DNA of 64,000 nucleotides from Candidatus Marinacidobacterales bacterium (GTDB lineage Bacteria > Acidobacteriota > Vicinamibacteria > Marinacidobacterales > DATDRI01). The stretch spans positions 1,792,001-1,856,000 of the forward strand of contig OZ245365.1 in NCBI GenBank assembly GCA_965226495.1, given 5' to 3'. This document shows positions 38,376 to 47,459 of the stretch, one piece after another (the stretch's first letter is position 1; every line of letters starts with the position of its first letter). The notes beneath the pieces were generated by a model, which was given only the letters and a program-made list of their open reading frames with translations, searched no databases and was not told the DNA's origin. The translations under genes were made by a program, and so were the position numbers.

Positions 38376-38729
38376 TCAACGCTCCACGAGCGCGGCTAGC
38401 ATTCGCTTCAAGGCCACGTGCCGATAGCTCGCCAACATCAGGCGCTCGACCTCGGCCCAGTCGACTTTGCCGCCCACCTTCAGGGAAGTCCATCCGTGTT
38501 TGCCGACGTAGGGCGCCACGAAAAAGCGGGTTTCCTTACACAGCCGGCGTTGCTCCGCACGCGTGGCTTTGAAACAGATCGTCAGGTCGCCGTGATATTC
38601 CTCGACGACGGCGAAGGTCTTCTTGCCGGCTTGAAACGTGGGGTGACCGAAGGTCTTGGTTTCCCGAACCTCGGGAAGGGGGAGGCAGAACTTTCTTAGC
38701 TTAGTAAGGACCTGTTTTTCCGTGGCCAT
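38376..38729 (-). CDS. MmcQ/YjbR family DNA-binding-like protein
   Basis: LPEV.E..FGHPTF..GKKTFA, APYVGKHGW and SYR..A.KR. Confidence 0.88.
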   Translation of the reverse strand: MATEKQVLTKLRKFCLPLPEVRETKTFGHPTFQAGKKTFAVVEEYHGDLTICFKATRAEQRRLCKETRFFVAPYVGKHGWTSLKVGGKVDWAEVERLMLASYRHVALKRMLAALVER

Positions 38730-38731
38730 CG

Positions 38732-39094
38732 CTATTTCTTCCTTCGCGCCGGCTGTGGACGGCGTTTCTTCGATGGTGCCTCGGCGCCGAACCAGTGGAG
38801 CCATTCCCCGGTCACCGATTGTAGTCTCCGCTTGTTTAGATGGTAGATACGCTCACGCCCACGCCGTTCGACATCGACCAGCCCCGCGCCCTCGAGCTCT
38901 CGCAGGTGCCGGGTCGTCGTCGGCCAGCGACAAGAGAAGCGTTGGGCGATCTCTCCTGCCGTCATCTCGCCGCCACGAAACCTAAGTACCAGCAAGATGT
39001 GTCGTCGCGAAGCATGCGCCAGGGCCCGGAAGACGGCGTCGGTATCGGCGAGTCGGGCCTGCGCGGTTCTAGTGGAGCTCGACCCGCTCGACAT
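38732..39094 (-). CDS. ArsR/SmtB family transcriptional regulator
   Basis: VFRALAHASRRHIL, TAGEIA and HLRELEGAGLV..ERRGRERIY. Confidence 0.9.
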   Translation of the reverse strand: MSSGSSSTRTAQARLADTDAVFRALAHASRRHILLVLRFRGGEMTAGEIAQRFSCRWPTTTRHLRELEGAGLVDVERRGRERIYHLNKRRLQSVTGEWLHWFGAEAPSKKRRPQPARRKK

Positions 39095-39398
39095 GGGGGA
39101 ACTCCATGGACGGCCGCCCACCTCGGTCGGCGCAATGTTTACCCATCGGCTCCCAGATCGCCATGACCTCGGGAAGCTGGTGGGCGGTGTCGACCGCGGC
39201 CTGATCTCGCCACGCAAAAACCTCTACGTAAAACGGCTCCGCGCCTTCGTCCTCTCCGCGAAAGATGAGAGGGGGTTCGTCGGTGGCGAGGTTGTGCTCC
39301 CGTAGCGTGGGCCAGTGTTTCGCGAGGTGCCCTCGAAAGGCGTCTTCTTCTCCCTTTTTAACTCGATACGTGGCGATGACGGTTATCGGTTTGGACAT
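39069..39398 (-). CDS. ABM-like dimeric alpha/beta-barrel protein
   Basis: VIATYRVKKG.E..F, YVEVFAW and AH..PEV..IW; RBS aaggag. Confidence 0.7.
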   Translation of the reverse strand: MSKPITVIATYRVKKGEEDAFRGHLAKHWPTLREHNLATDEPPLIFRGEDEGAEPFYVEVFAWRDQAAVDTAHQLPEVMAIWEPMGKHCADRGGRPSMEFPHVERVELH

Positions 39399-39412
39399 GA
39401 CATTCTCCTTAA

Positions 39413-39446
39413 TTAGCCATTTAGCTAAGTATTAGTCAAATATTAA
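39413..39446. promoter_or_regulatory. Probable ArsR operator
   Basis: Palindrome TTAGC-catttA-GCTAA at 39413-39428 plus a degenerate second copy, just upstream of the ArsR operon. Confidence 0.6.
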
Positions 39447-39547
39447 CCAGGTCGCCCTCCGGTTGCAAGTCTTTTTTGTGATTCGCCCCGCCGAAGCCTA
39501 GACGTCAGTTGTGGCTCTTGGGAATCGTCCCCCAGGGGCGGGAACGG

Positions 39548-39735
39548 TTGACAGACGTCTCATTTGTAGTAGTCTCAACGACGCCAAACACGCCAGCCGT
39601 AAGAGCTTGGCGCTCTGAGGGGTTCCCAAGCTCCCGCCGTTAGACGGGAGGAAGTAAGTTGCCATCGGTAACCCCTCGCGGGCGAGAGCCTTCTCGCGGC
39701 GGCTCGAAAACTCATTCGCTAGCGGAGGCACTCAT
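39548..39735 (+). promoter_or_regulatory. Sigma-70 promoter and structured 5' leader of coxS
   Basis: ttgaca-N16-tagtct followed by nested stems gaggggtt/aacccctc, ctcccg/cgggag and gcgaga/tctcgc. Confidence 0.5.
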
Positions 39736-40212
39736 ATGAAAGAGGCGTTGTCCATCACAGTAAATGGGGCGGGCCGCTCTCACGAAGTCGAGCCACGCAC
39801 GCTGCTCGTGCACTACCTCCGGGATGTGCTCGGACTGACCGGCACCAACGTCGGTTGCGACACCAGCCAATGCGGCGCCTGTACGGTGCTGATGGACGGT
39901 ATGGCCGTCAAGTCTTGCACCGTGCTCGCGCTACAGGCCGACGGCAGCGACATCACTACCATCGAGGGACTCGCCACCAACGGCAAGCTTCATCCACTAC
40001 AAGAGGCGTTTTGGGAGCACCACGGTTTGCAATGCGGATACTGCACTCCCGGAATGATCATGACCGCGCTCGAGCTCCTCAAGCGCAACCCGAAGGCAAG
40101 CGAAGAAGATATCCGGGCCGGCCTGGAAGGTAACGTGTGCCGCTGTACCGGCTATCAGAAGATCGTGCAGTCGATTGCATCGGCGGCAGTCGGTAAGAAG
40201 GGAGGCGCCTGA
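39736..40212 (+). CDS. coxS: Mo-hydroxylase (CODH form II-like) small 2Fe-2S subunit
   Basis: [20 protein letters not shown] and CRCTGY. Confidence 0.93.
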   Translation: MKEALSITVNGAGRSHEVEPRTLLVHYLRDVLGLTGTNVGCDTSQCGACTVLMDGMAVKSCTVLALQADGSDITTIEGLATNGKLHPLQEAFWEHHGLQCGYCTPGMIMTALELLKRNPKASEEDIRAGLEGNVCRCTGYQKIVQSIASAAVGKKGGA

Positions 40213-42581
40213 TGGCCAAGCACGTCGGTAAGCGGGTCAAGCGAGTAGAGGACCCTCGGTTCATCCAAGGCCAAGGGAATTACGTTGCGAATATCTCCCT
40301 GCCGAACATGGTTCATTTGGCCATCAAGCGAAGTCCCTACGGGCACGCGAAGATCAAGAAGATCAATATCAAGAAAGCTCAAGCGCTCGAAGGTGTGGTG
40401 GGAGTCTTCACCGGCCAGGATCTCATCGACGGTGGCTGCCACCCGTTGCCCTGCGGCTTCAACGTACCCGACATCAAGGTACCGGCTCACCATGCGCTGA
40501 GCGTCGACAAGGTCCGGCACGTCGGCGACGGCGTTGCGGTGGTGGCAGCGGAAGATCCGTACATCGCCAACGACGCACTAGATCTAATCAAGGTGGACTA
40601 CGAGCCCTTGCCGGCGGTGGTCGATGCGCGCGGAACGACCGAGAAGAACGCGCCGCAGCTTCACAAAGACGTACCCGATAACACCGCCTTCGAGTGGTCG
40701 CTAGGAGACAAAGAGGCTTGTGATGCGGCCTTTGCCGAAGCCGAACACGTTGTCGATTTGGATCTCGTCAATCAAAGGCTGATCCCCAACGCCGTGGAGC
40801 CTCGCGCCGCTGTGGCTCAGTGGAATGCCGGGACCGAGGAGATGACTCTTTGGCTCACCAGCCAGAATCCTCACTTGGTTCGCCTGTTGATGAGCGCCTT
40901 TACGATGGATATTCCCGAGCAGAAGCTCCGGGTGATCTCACCCGACGTGGGTGGCGGGTTCGGGAGCAAGATCCCGCACTACCCGGAGGACATCATAACC
41001 ACCTGGGTGGCGAGGAAACTGAACCGTCCCGCGAAGTGGGTTTGTACTCGTAGCGAGTCCTACGTGACCGATGCGCAAGGCCGCGATCACGTGACGTCCG
41101 CCAAGATGGCCCTCAAGAACGATGGAACCATCACCGGCATCCGGGTTTCGACGTGGGCGAACATGGGCGCTTACATGTCGACGCTCGGCTCGCTCATCCC
41201 CACCGCCCTTTACCTGCCGCTACTGTCCGGCATCTATAAAGTAAAGGGCCTCTTCGGTACGGTATGGGGGACGTATACCAACACCGTTCCTACCGACGCT
41301 TACCGGGGAGCGGGCCGGCCCGAGATGTCCTACCTGCTCGAGCGGTTGGTCGACGTGGCGGCGCGTGACCTGGGAATGGATCCCTTGGAGATCCGGCGCA
41401 AGAATCTAATCCCGTCGTCCGATCAACCCTACCAAACCCCCGTCGCCTTTCTTTACGACAGCGGCAACTACGAGAAGCTCCTCGATACCGCGGTGAAGCT
41501 TTCGGATTACCACGGACTGCGGAAGTCACAAGAAAAGGCACGCCGGGAAGGTCGGCTCGTTGGCGTCGGTCTGAGCAGCTGCATCGAAGCGAGCGGTCCT
41601 GCCCCTTCGGCAGTCGTTGGCTCGCTCGGACTGGCCGTGGGTCTTTGGGAATCTGGATCGATCCGCGTACACCCTACCGGCAAGGTCACCGTCTTCACCG
41701 GCTCACATGCCCACGGCCAGGGACATGAGACGACGTTCGCGCAGGTCGTCGCCGACCAGCTCGGAGTTGGCATGGAAGACGTCGAGGTCGTGCACGGCGA
41801 TACCGGACGCATATCGTTCGGCATGGGAACCTACGGGAGTCGGAGCGCGGCGGTGGGCGGTAGCGCTCTCGTGCGTAGTGCCGAAAAGATCCGGGCCAAA
41901 GTCATCAAGCTGACGGCTCATTTGCTCGAAGCGGCGGAGGAGGACATCGTCTACGACCAGGATTCAGGAAAGATCTATGTCAAGGGCTCGCCCGATAAAT
42001 CGAAGCAGTTCGGGGAGGTGGCGTTCGCCGCGTACACCGGTCACAGTCTTCCCGAAGGGATGGAGCCCGGTTTGGAGGAAACTTCCTTCTACGATCCTGC
42101 CAACTTCACGTTTCCCAACAGCGCGCACGTCGCGCAGATCGAGATCGACCCCGACACCGGTGAGGTCACGCTTCAAAAGTATTACGCGGTCGACGATGTG
42201 GGTAACGTCATCAATCCAACAATCGTCGAAGGGCAGATCGAGGGCGGTATCGTTCAAGGTGTGGGGCAAGCCTTGTGGGAGCATGCCATTTACGACGAAG
42301 AGGGTCAGCTTCTCACGGGCTCATTGATGGAGTACGCCGTGCCTCGCGCTGAGAGTTTTCCCAAGTTCGAGCTCGATCGGATCGTCACGCCGTCGCCACA
42401 CAACCCGCTCGGCGTCAAGGGAGTGGGGGAGATGGGCACGATTGCCGCGACCGTTACCATCGCGAACGCGGTGATGGACGCCTTGGCACCACTCGGAGTC
42501 AAGCACGTCGACATGCCGCTCACTCCGGAGCGAATCTGGCGAGCTATGGAATCGGCTCGGAAGTTACAGGAAACGGCATAG
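40212..42581 (+). CDS. coxL: Xanthine dehydrogenase family molybdopterin-binding subunit (form II CoxL-like)
   Basis: VGGGFGSK, AYRGAGRPE, HGQGHETT, GTYGSRS and GVKGVGEMG. Confidence 0.92.
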   Translation: MAKHVGKRVKRVEDPRFIQGQGNYVANISLPNMVHLAIKRSPYGHAKIKKINIKKAQALEGVVGVFTGQDLIDGGCHPLPCGFNVPDIKVPAHHALSVDKVRHVGDGVAVVAAEDPYIANDALDLIKVDYEPLPAVVDARGTTEKNAPQLHKDVPDNTAFEWSLGDKEACDAAFAEAEHVVDLDLVNQRLIPNAVEPRAAVAQWNAGTEEMTLWLTSQNPHLVRLLMSAFTMDIPEQKLRVISPDVGGGFGSKIPHYPEDIITTWVARKLNRPAKWVCTRSESYVTDAQGRDHVTSAKMALKNDGTITGIRVSTWANMGAYMSTLGSLIPTALYLPLLSGIYKVKGLFGTVWGTYTNTVPTDAYRGAGRPEMSYLLERLVDVAARDLGMDPLEIRRKNLIPSSDQPYQTPVAFLYDSGNYEKLLDTAVKLSDYHGLRKSQEKARREGRLVGVGLSSCIEASGPAPSAVVGSLGLAVGLWESGSIRVHPTGKVTVFTGSHAHGQGHETTFAQVVADQLGVGMEDVEVVHGDTGRISFGMGTYGSRSAAVGGSALVRSAEKIRAKVIKLTAHLLEAAEEDIVYDQDSGKIYVKGSPDKSKQFGEVAFAAYTGHSLPEGMEPGLEETSFYDPANFTFPNSAHVAQIEIDPDTGEVTLQKYYAVDDVGNVINPTIVEGQIEGGIVQGVGQALWEHAIYDEEGQLLTGSLMEYAVPRAESFPKFELDRIVTPSPHNPLGVKGVGEMGTIAATVTIANAVMDALAPLGVKHVDMPLTPERIWRAMESARKLQETA

Positions 42582-42609
42582 GCCTACGCCTTCGGAAGGG
42601 AGATAAGAG

Positions 42610-43482
42610 ATGTACGCCGCAAGTTTCGACTACTACCGTCCAAAGAACTTGAAGCAGGCCGTGCAGCTTCTGCGTAGACACAAAGATGCGAAGATCCTCG
42701 CGGGTGGACACAGCCTCCTCCCGGCGATGAAGCTTCGGGTAAGCTCACCGTCGGCTCTTATCGACATCGGACGCATCAAAGGACTGTCGGGGGTCAAGGC
42801 CTCGGCGCGCTCGGTGCAGCTTGGCGCCATGACGACTCATGCGACCATCGCCTCGTCGAAAGCCTTGAGGAAAGCGTGCCCGGTCCTCGCTGACGCCGCG
42901 GCCCAAATCGGGGATACTCAAGTCCGCAACCGGGGCACGATAGGTGGCAGCCTGGCGCACGCCGATCCCGCCGCGGATTTTCCAACCGTGCTCGTGGCCC
43001 TCGGCGGAAAACTCACCGCCACCGGTTCTCGAGGAAAGCGCCAGATTCCGGCCGAGAAATTCTTCAAAGACTTTTTCACAACCGCTCTCAGGCCGTCGGA
43101 GGTCTTAACCAGTGTTCAAGTTCCGGCAATGAAGTCGGGGATGGCGGGCGTCTACCTGAAGCACCGACATCCTGCCTCCAGCTACGCGGTGATCGGCGTC
43201 GCAGCCGTTGTGACGATGAAGAAGGGCGTGTGCTCCAAAGTGAGGCTCGTCGTTGGGGGTGCGACCCCGAATCCGGTCGTCGTTTCGGCGGTGGAGAAGA
43301 TCTTGGTCGGCGAGGCGCCGAGCGCCAAGGTCATCGCTCAGGCGGCGGCCACGGTTGCAGATGCGATAGGGGAGCCGCTCAGCGACTCATACGCCTCGGG
43401 GGAGTATCGTGCTCACCTGGCGACAGTGATAACTGAGCGAGCGCTTAGCGCGGCAGCGGCCAAGGCGAAACGCAAGAAATAG
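42610..43482 (+). CDS. coxM: Mo-hydroxylase FAD-binding medium subunit
   Basis: LAGGHSL and QVRNRGTIGGSLAHADPAAD. Confidence 0.93.
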   Translation: MYAASFDYYRPKNLKQAVQLLRRHKDAKILAGGHSLLPAMKLRVSSPSALIDIGRIKGLSGVKASARSVQLGAMTTHATIASSKALRKACPVLADAAAQIGDTQVRNRGTIGGSLAHADPAADFPTVLVALGGKLTATGSRGKRQIPAEKFFKDFFTTALRPSEVLTSVQVPAMKSGMAGVYLKHRHPASSYAVIGVAAVVTMKKGVCSKVRLVVGGATPNPVVVSAVEKILVGEAPSAKVIAQAAATVADAIGEPLSDSYASGEYRAHLATVITERALSAAAAKAKRKK

Positions 43483-43585
43483 AAAAGCCAATCGACCTGC
43501 GCCTCAGGTCCACTCCTCGCTTTGATTTGTCTACCGGGGAACGTCTATTCTGGAACGAACAATTAGGGCAAGGAAGACGACGAAC

Positions 43586-44473
43586 TTGAACATTCAGTCC
43601 ATCGACGATCTTCAGGCCGGCCTCCGTGAGCACCTCTATGTAGCCGATCGGGGCTTGGCGACCGCGATCTACCTGTCCCTAAAGCTCGGGCGGCCGCTGT
43701 TTCTGGAAGGTGAGGCGGGCGTCGGAAAGACCGAGGTGGCCAAGGTCATGGCTCGGCTTCTCGACACCGAGCTCATTCGGCTTCAGTGCTACGAGGGTTT
43801 GGACGTGCATCATGCCATCTATGAGTGGAACTACTCGCGGCAGATGATGCACATCCGACTAGCAGAGTCCCGCAAGGAAAAGCCCGACGAGGCAGAGCTC
43901 TTCGGTCCCGAGTTTCTGTTGAAGAGACCGCTGCTGCAGGCCATCGACCATTCGCAAAACAAAGCTCCGGTGCTGCTCGTCGACGAGGTCGATCGTAGCG
44001 ACGAGGAGTTCGAAGCCTACCTGCTCGAAATCCTATCTGATTACCAGATCACCATCCCCGAGATCGGGACCATCACCGCGACTCATCGTCCGGTGGTCAC
44101 GGTCACGTCCAACCGCACGAGGGAGGTCCACGACGCGCTCAAGCGCCGCTGTTTCTATTTTTGGATCGATTACCCGTCGTTCGAAAAAGAGCTCGCTATC
44201 GTGCGTACCAAGCTACCCGATGCCCCGGGCCAACTCGCTCGGCAAGTCACCCACTTCATTCAAGAGGTGCGTCGTGTCGATCTCTACAAGTTCCCGGGCG
44301 TGGCCGAGACCCTCGATTGGACCGAGGCGCTGATAGCGCTCGACCAGAAGGCCCTCGCCGAAAGTGTCGTGGAGGAAACCCTGGGCGTCATACTCAAGTA
44401 CCAGGATGACGTAGAGAAGATCAGCGGTGAGAACGCGCGCGCGATTTTGGAGCGCGTCCGGGCTACCGGCTAG
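43586..44473 (+). CDS. coxD: MoxR-type AAA+ ATPase CoxD
   Basis: GEAGVGKT, RLQCYEGLD, DEVDR and DALKRRC. Confidence 0.9.
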   Translation: MNIQSIDDLQAGLREHLYVADRGLATAIYLSLKLGRPLFLEGEAGVGKTEVAKVMARLLDTELIRLQCYEGLDVHHAIYEWNYSRQMMHIRLAESRKEKPDEAELFGPEFLLKRPLLQAIDHSQNKAPVLLVDEVDRSDEEFEAYLLEILSDYQITIPEIGTITATHRPVVTVTSNRTREVHDALKRRCFYFWIDYPSFEKELAIVRTKLPDAPGQLARQVTHFIQEVRRVDLYKFPGVAETLDWTEALIALDQKALAESVVEETLGVILKYQDDVEKISGENARAILERVRATG

Positions 44474-44495
44474 CGCTCGCCGAGGTTCATCGCCT

Positions 44496-45719
44496 GTGCC
44501 ATCAATTTCGCCATTAATTCCAGACCCGCCTCAGGCAAGCAACTTCTTTCACAATCTGATTTTGTTCGGTCGCTTGTTGCGCGGACTCGGCCTGGACGTC
44601 AATCCGGGACGGATGATGGATCTCGTGCACGCTCTAGGACACATCGACATAGCAAGGCGTGACGATTTTTATCACGCGGCGCAAAGCCTCCTGGTTCACC
44701 GACGAGAGGACCTGAAACTCTTCGACGAGGCCTTCGAGATGTTTTGGCAAAAGTCGGTGGACGAGTGGAAGACGGTGGAGTTGAGTCTTGGCGTAAAGAA
44801 GACGCGTCGCCGCCCGCTCGTCGCTTCGCGGCCTCTACACAAGGCAGACCAAGACGAGGGCAAAGAAGCGGCGGACGATGCACCACCGGTTGTCGAGACC
44901 ACGCGCACCTACGGTGCGCAGGAGGTCTTGAGGCAAAGAGACTTCGCAGATCTATCCGGCGAGGAGTTGGAAAACATCAAGCGCCTCATGTCCGAGCTCA
45001 TCTGGCAACTGGGAGAGCGACGCACTCGACGGCAAAGACCAGGGCATGGGAGTCGACTCGATTTGAGGCGTACGATCCGGCAAAGTCTTAAGCGGGGGGG
45101 AGAGATCGTCGAGTGGGCTCGTCGGGAGCCTCGATTAAAACCGCGTCCTCTGGTAGTCTTGGCGGACATCAGTGGCTCGATGGAGCGCTACACGCGTTTG
45201 CTGCTGCACTTCATCTACAGCCTCACGCGAGGACTGGATCAGAGGGTGGAGGCATTCCTTTTCGGTACTCGACTTACGTGTATCAGCCGGGAGATGAGGA
45301 AACGAGAAGTCGAACGTGCACTTACTGAGGTCTCGCGGTCGGTCCGTGATTGGTCGGGTGGCACCAGAATCGGGCAAGCGATCAAGGATTTTAATTTCAC
45401 CTGGGCGCGGCGAGTCTTGGGGAGCGGAGCCGTCGTTCTCCTCATCAGTGACGGGTGGGATCGGGGCGATCCGGAGCTACTCAAGAGAGAAATGGGCAGG
45501 CTTTCGCGAAGTTGCTACCGATTAGTCTGGCTCAACCCGTTGCTGGGCTCGCCAGAGTACGAGCCGTTGACTCGGGGCATGCAGGCGGCCCTACCTTATG
45601 TAGATGACTTTCTGCCGGTGCACAACCTGGCCAGTTTGGAAGAGCTTGCATTGCATCTCGCGAACCTAGATCGGAGGAAGGCTCCGAGACGTCGTTCGCT
45701 TGGGAGAAAGGCAGGCTGA
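44496..45719 (+). CDS. coxE: VWA domain protein CoxE
   Basis: DISGSM, FGTRL, WSGGTRIG, SDGWD and WLNPL. Confidence 0.9.
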   Translation: MPSISPLIPDPPQASNFFHNLILFGRLLRGLGLDVNPGRMMDLVHALGHIDIARRDDFYHAAQSLLVHRREDLKLFDEAFEMFWQKSVDEWKTVELSLGVKKTRRRPLVASRPLHKADQDEGKEAADDAPPVVETTRTYGAQEVLRQRDFADLSGEELENIKRLMSELIWQLGERRTRRQRPGHGSRLDLRRTIRQSLKRGGEIVEWARREPRLKPRPLVVLADISGSMERYTRLLLHFIYSLTRGLDQRVEAFLFGTRLTCISREMRKREVERALTEVSRSVRDWSGGTRIGQAIKDFNFTWARRVLGSGAVVLLISDGWDRGDPELLKREMGRLSRSCYRLVWLNPLLGSPEYEPLTRGMQAALPYVDDFLPVHNLASLEELALHLANLDRRKAPRRRSLGRKAG

Positions 45720-45724
45720 GCCAA

Positions 45725-46750
45725 ATGTTCGACGTTCTAGAAGATATCGAGCGCTGGAGGGCCGAGGGGCAGCCGGTGGCGCTGGCCACGGTGATCGAGA
45801 CCTGGGGATCCGCGCCGCGCGGGGTGGGAGCCAAAATGGCGATGACCGCGGACGCCCGCATTGCGGGCTCGGTAAGCGGTGGGTGCGTCGAGGCGGCGGT
45901 GGTCGAGGCGGGTTCGGAAGTATTGAAGAGCGGCGCACCGCGCCTACTGCACTTCGGCGTCAGCGATGAGACGGCTTGGGAAGTTGGCTTGGCGTGCGGG
46001 GGCAAGATCGAAGTCTTCGTGGCGGTTCTTGATCACGAAGCGCACCAGCGGGTCAAGGAGTCGCTCGAGGAGGATCGCGCCATCGCGTCCATCACCATCG
46101 TAGGCGGAGCTTCGACTGGTCACTCGATCCTGCTCGAAGAGGACAGGACGGTCGTCGGAGCTCCTGCAGATGTGATCGATGAGACGGTGATCGGAGAGGC
46201 CGAGACCGCGCTTTCCGAGGGCGTTCCACGTCGGTTCCGGCAGGGGGACACCGAGATCTTCATCGATGTCGTTCTGCCCCCGCCCACCATGGTCGCGGTC
46301 GGGGGAGTCCATATCGCCATCGCCCTGACTTCTCTCGCCAAGACGCTTGGTTATCGTACGGTGGTCGTCGACCCGCGTGAAGTCTTCGGCAGCGGCGAAA
46401 GATTTCCGCACGCTGATCGCCTCATCTCAGAATGGCCATCGGAAGCGCTGGAAGAGATCGGAGTGAATCGCTCGACCGCGGTGGCCACACTGACTCACGA
46501 TCCGAAGCTGGACGATCCGGCGCTGCAGACCGCGCTGCGAAGCAGAGCCTTCTACGTCGGAGCGCTCGGAAGTCGAAAGACGCAGGAGAAACGCCGCAAA
46601 CGATTAGCTGCGGCCGGACTGTCCGCATCCGAGATCGGTCGTTTGTGGGCACCCATCGGTCTCGACATAGGGTCCAGAACACCCGAGGAGATTGCCCTGG
46701 CAGTGATGGCACAGGTCGTCGCGGCGCGAAACGGCAAGCTCCCCATCTGA
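45725..46750 (+). CDS. xdhC: XdhC/CoxF Moco-insertion chaperone
   Basis: WGSAPR, GSVSGGCVE, CGG, THDPKLD, YVGALGS and PIGLDIG..TPEEIA. Confidence 0.92.
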   Translation: MFDVLEDIERWRAEGQPVALATVIETWGSAPRGVGAKMAMTADARIAGSVSGGCVEAAVVEAGSEVLKSGAPRLLHFGVSDETAWEVGLACGGKIEVFVAVLDHEAHQRVKESLEEDRAIASITIVGGASTGHSILLEEDRTVVGAPADVIDETVIGEAETALSEGVPRRFRQGDTEIFIDVVLPPPTMVAVGGVHIAIALTSLAKTLGYRTVVVDPREVFGSGERFPHADRLISEWPSEALEEIGVNRSTAVATLTHDPKLDDPALQTALRSRAFYVGALGSRKTQEKRRKRLAAAGLSASEIGRLWAPIGLDIGSRTPEEIALAVMAQVVAARNGKLPI

Positions 46751-46775
46751 GAACGATGAGAATGTTCTCCTCTTC

Positions 46776-47459
46776 ATGAAGACCGATCTTCCGGCGCTGG
46801 TCTTTCAAGACGTCTCGAAAACCTACCAGCAAGCGAGCGGTACGGTTCTTCACGCGCTTCAGCATGTTTCCATTCAGGTGCCGGCCGGGAAGAAGGTCGC
46901 GATCATCGGCCGTAGTGGCAGCGGAAAGTCGACGTTGCTTCATCTGGCGGCGGGTATCGATGTGCCAACCGCAGGTGCGGTGATGTTCCTCGGGCGTAAC
47001 TTGGCCGACCTATCGGATCGCGAGCGGACACTTACTAGGCGGGAAAATGTCGGACTCGTTTTTCAGTTCTTTCATCTCCTTCCGCATCTCACCGTCTGGG
47101 AGAACGTCGTGTTGCCAGGTTGGATCGCCGCCGACTCTCCGAGTGAGAACGACGCTCGGGCCCGAGACCTTCTAGGGCGTGTCAACCTGCTCGATCGAGC
47201 CGGAGATCCCGCTCAGAAGCTGAGCGGAGGAGAGATGCAGAGGGTGGCCATTTGCAGGGCTTTGCTCCGTCGCCCGCGACTCCTGCTCGCCGACGAGCCC
47301 ACGGGAAATTTGGACGATGAGAACTCCTTCAAGGTCATGGAGCTTCTGGTGCGGCTGGTGGAAGAAGAGAAGAGCACCTTGCTCTACGTCACTCACAGCC
47401 TGGAGCTCGCCGCTCTGGCTGACGAGACCTGGCGTCTCCACAGCGGCATTCTCGAGTGA
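46776..47459 (+). CDS. ABC transporter ATP-binding protein (LolD/AttE-like)
   Basis: GRSGSGKST, LSGGEMQR and LADEPTGNLD. Confidence 0.93.
   Translation: MKTDLPALVFQDVSKTYQQASGTVLHALQHVSIQVPAGKKVAIIGRSGSGKSTLLHLAAGIDVPTAGAVMFLGRNLADLSDRERTLTRRENVGLVFQFFHLLPHLTVWENVVLPGWIAADSPSENDARARDLLGRVNLLDRAGDPAQKLSGGEMQRVAICRALLRRPRLLLADEPTGNLDDENSFKVMELLVRLVEEEKSTLLYVTHSLELAALADETWRLHSGILE

Noticed and set aside
40212-42581. Bona fide aerobic CO dehydrogenase (form I)
   Set aside because: The active-site loop is AYRGAGR rather than AYxCSFR, and the gene order is S-L-M.
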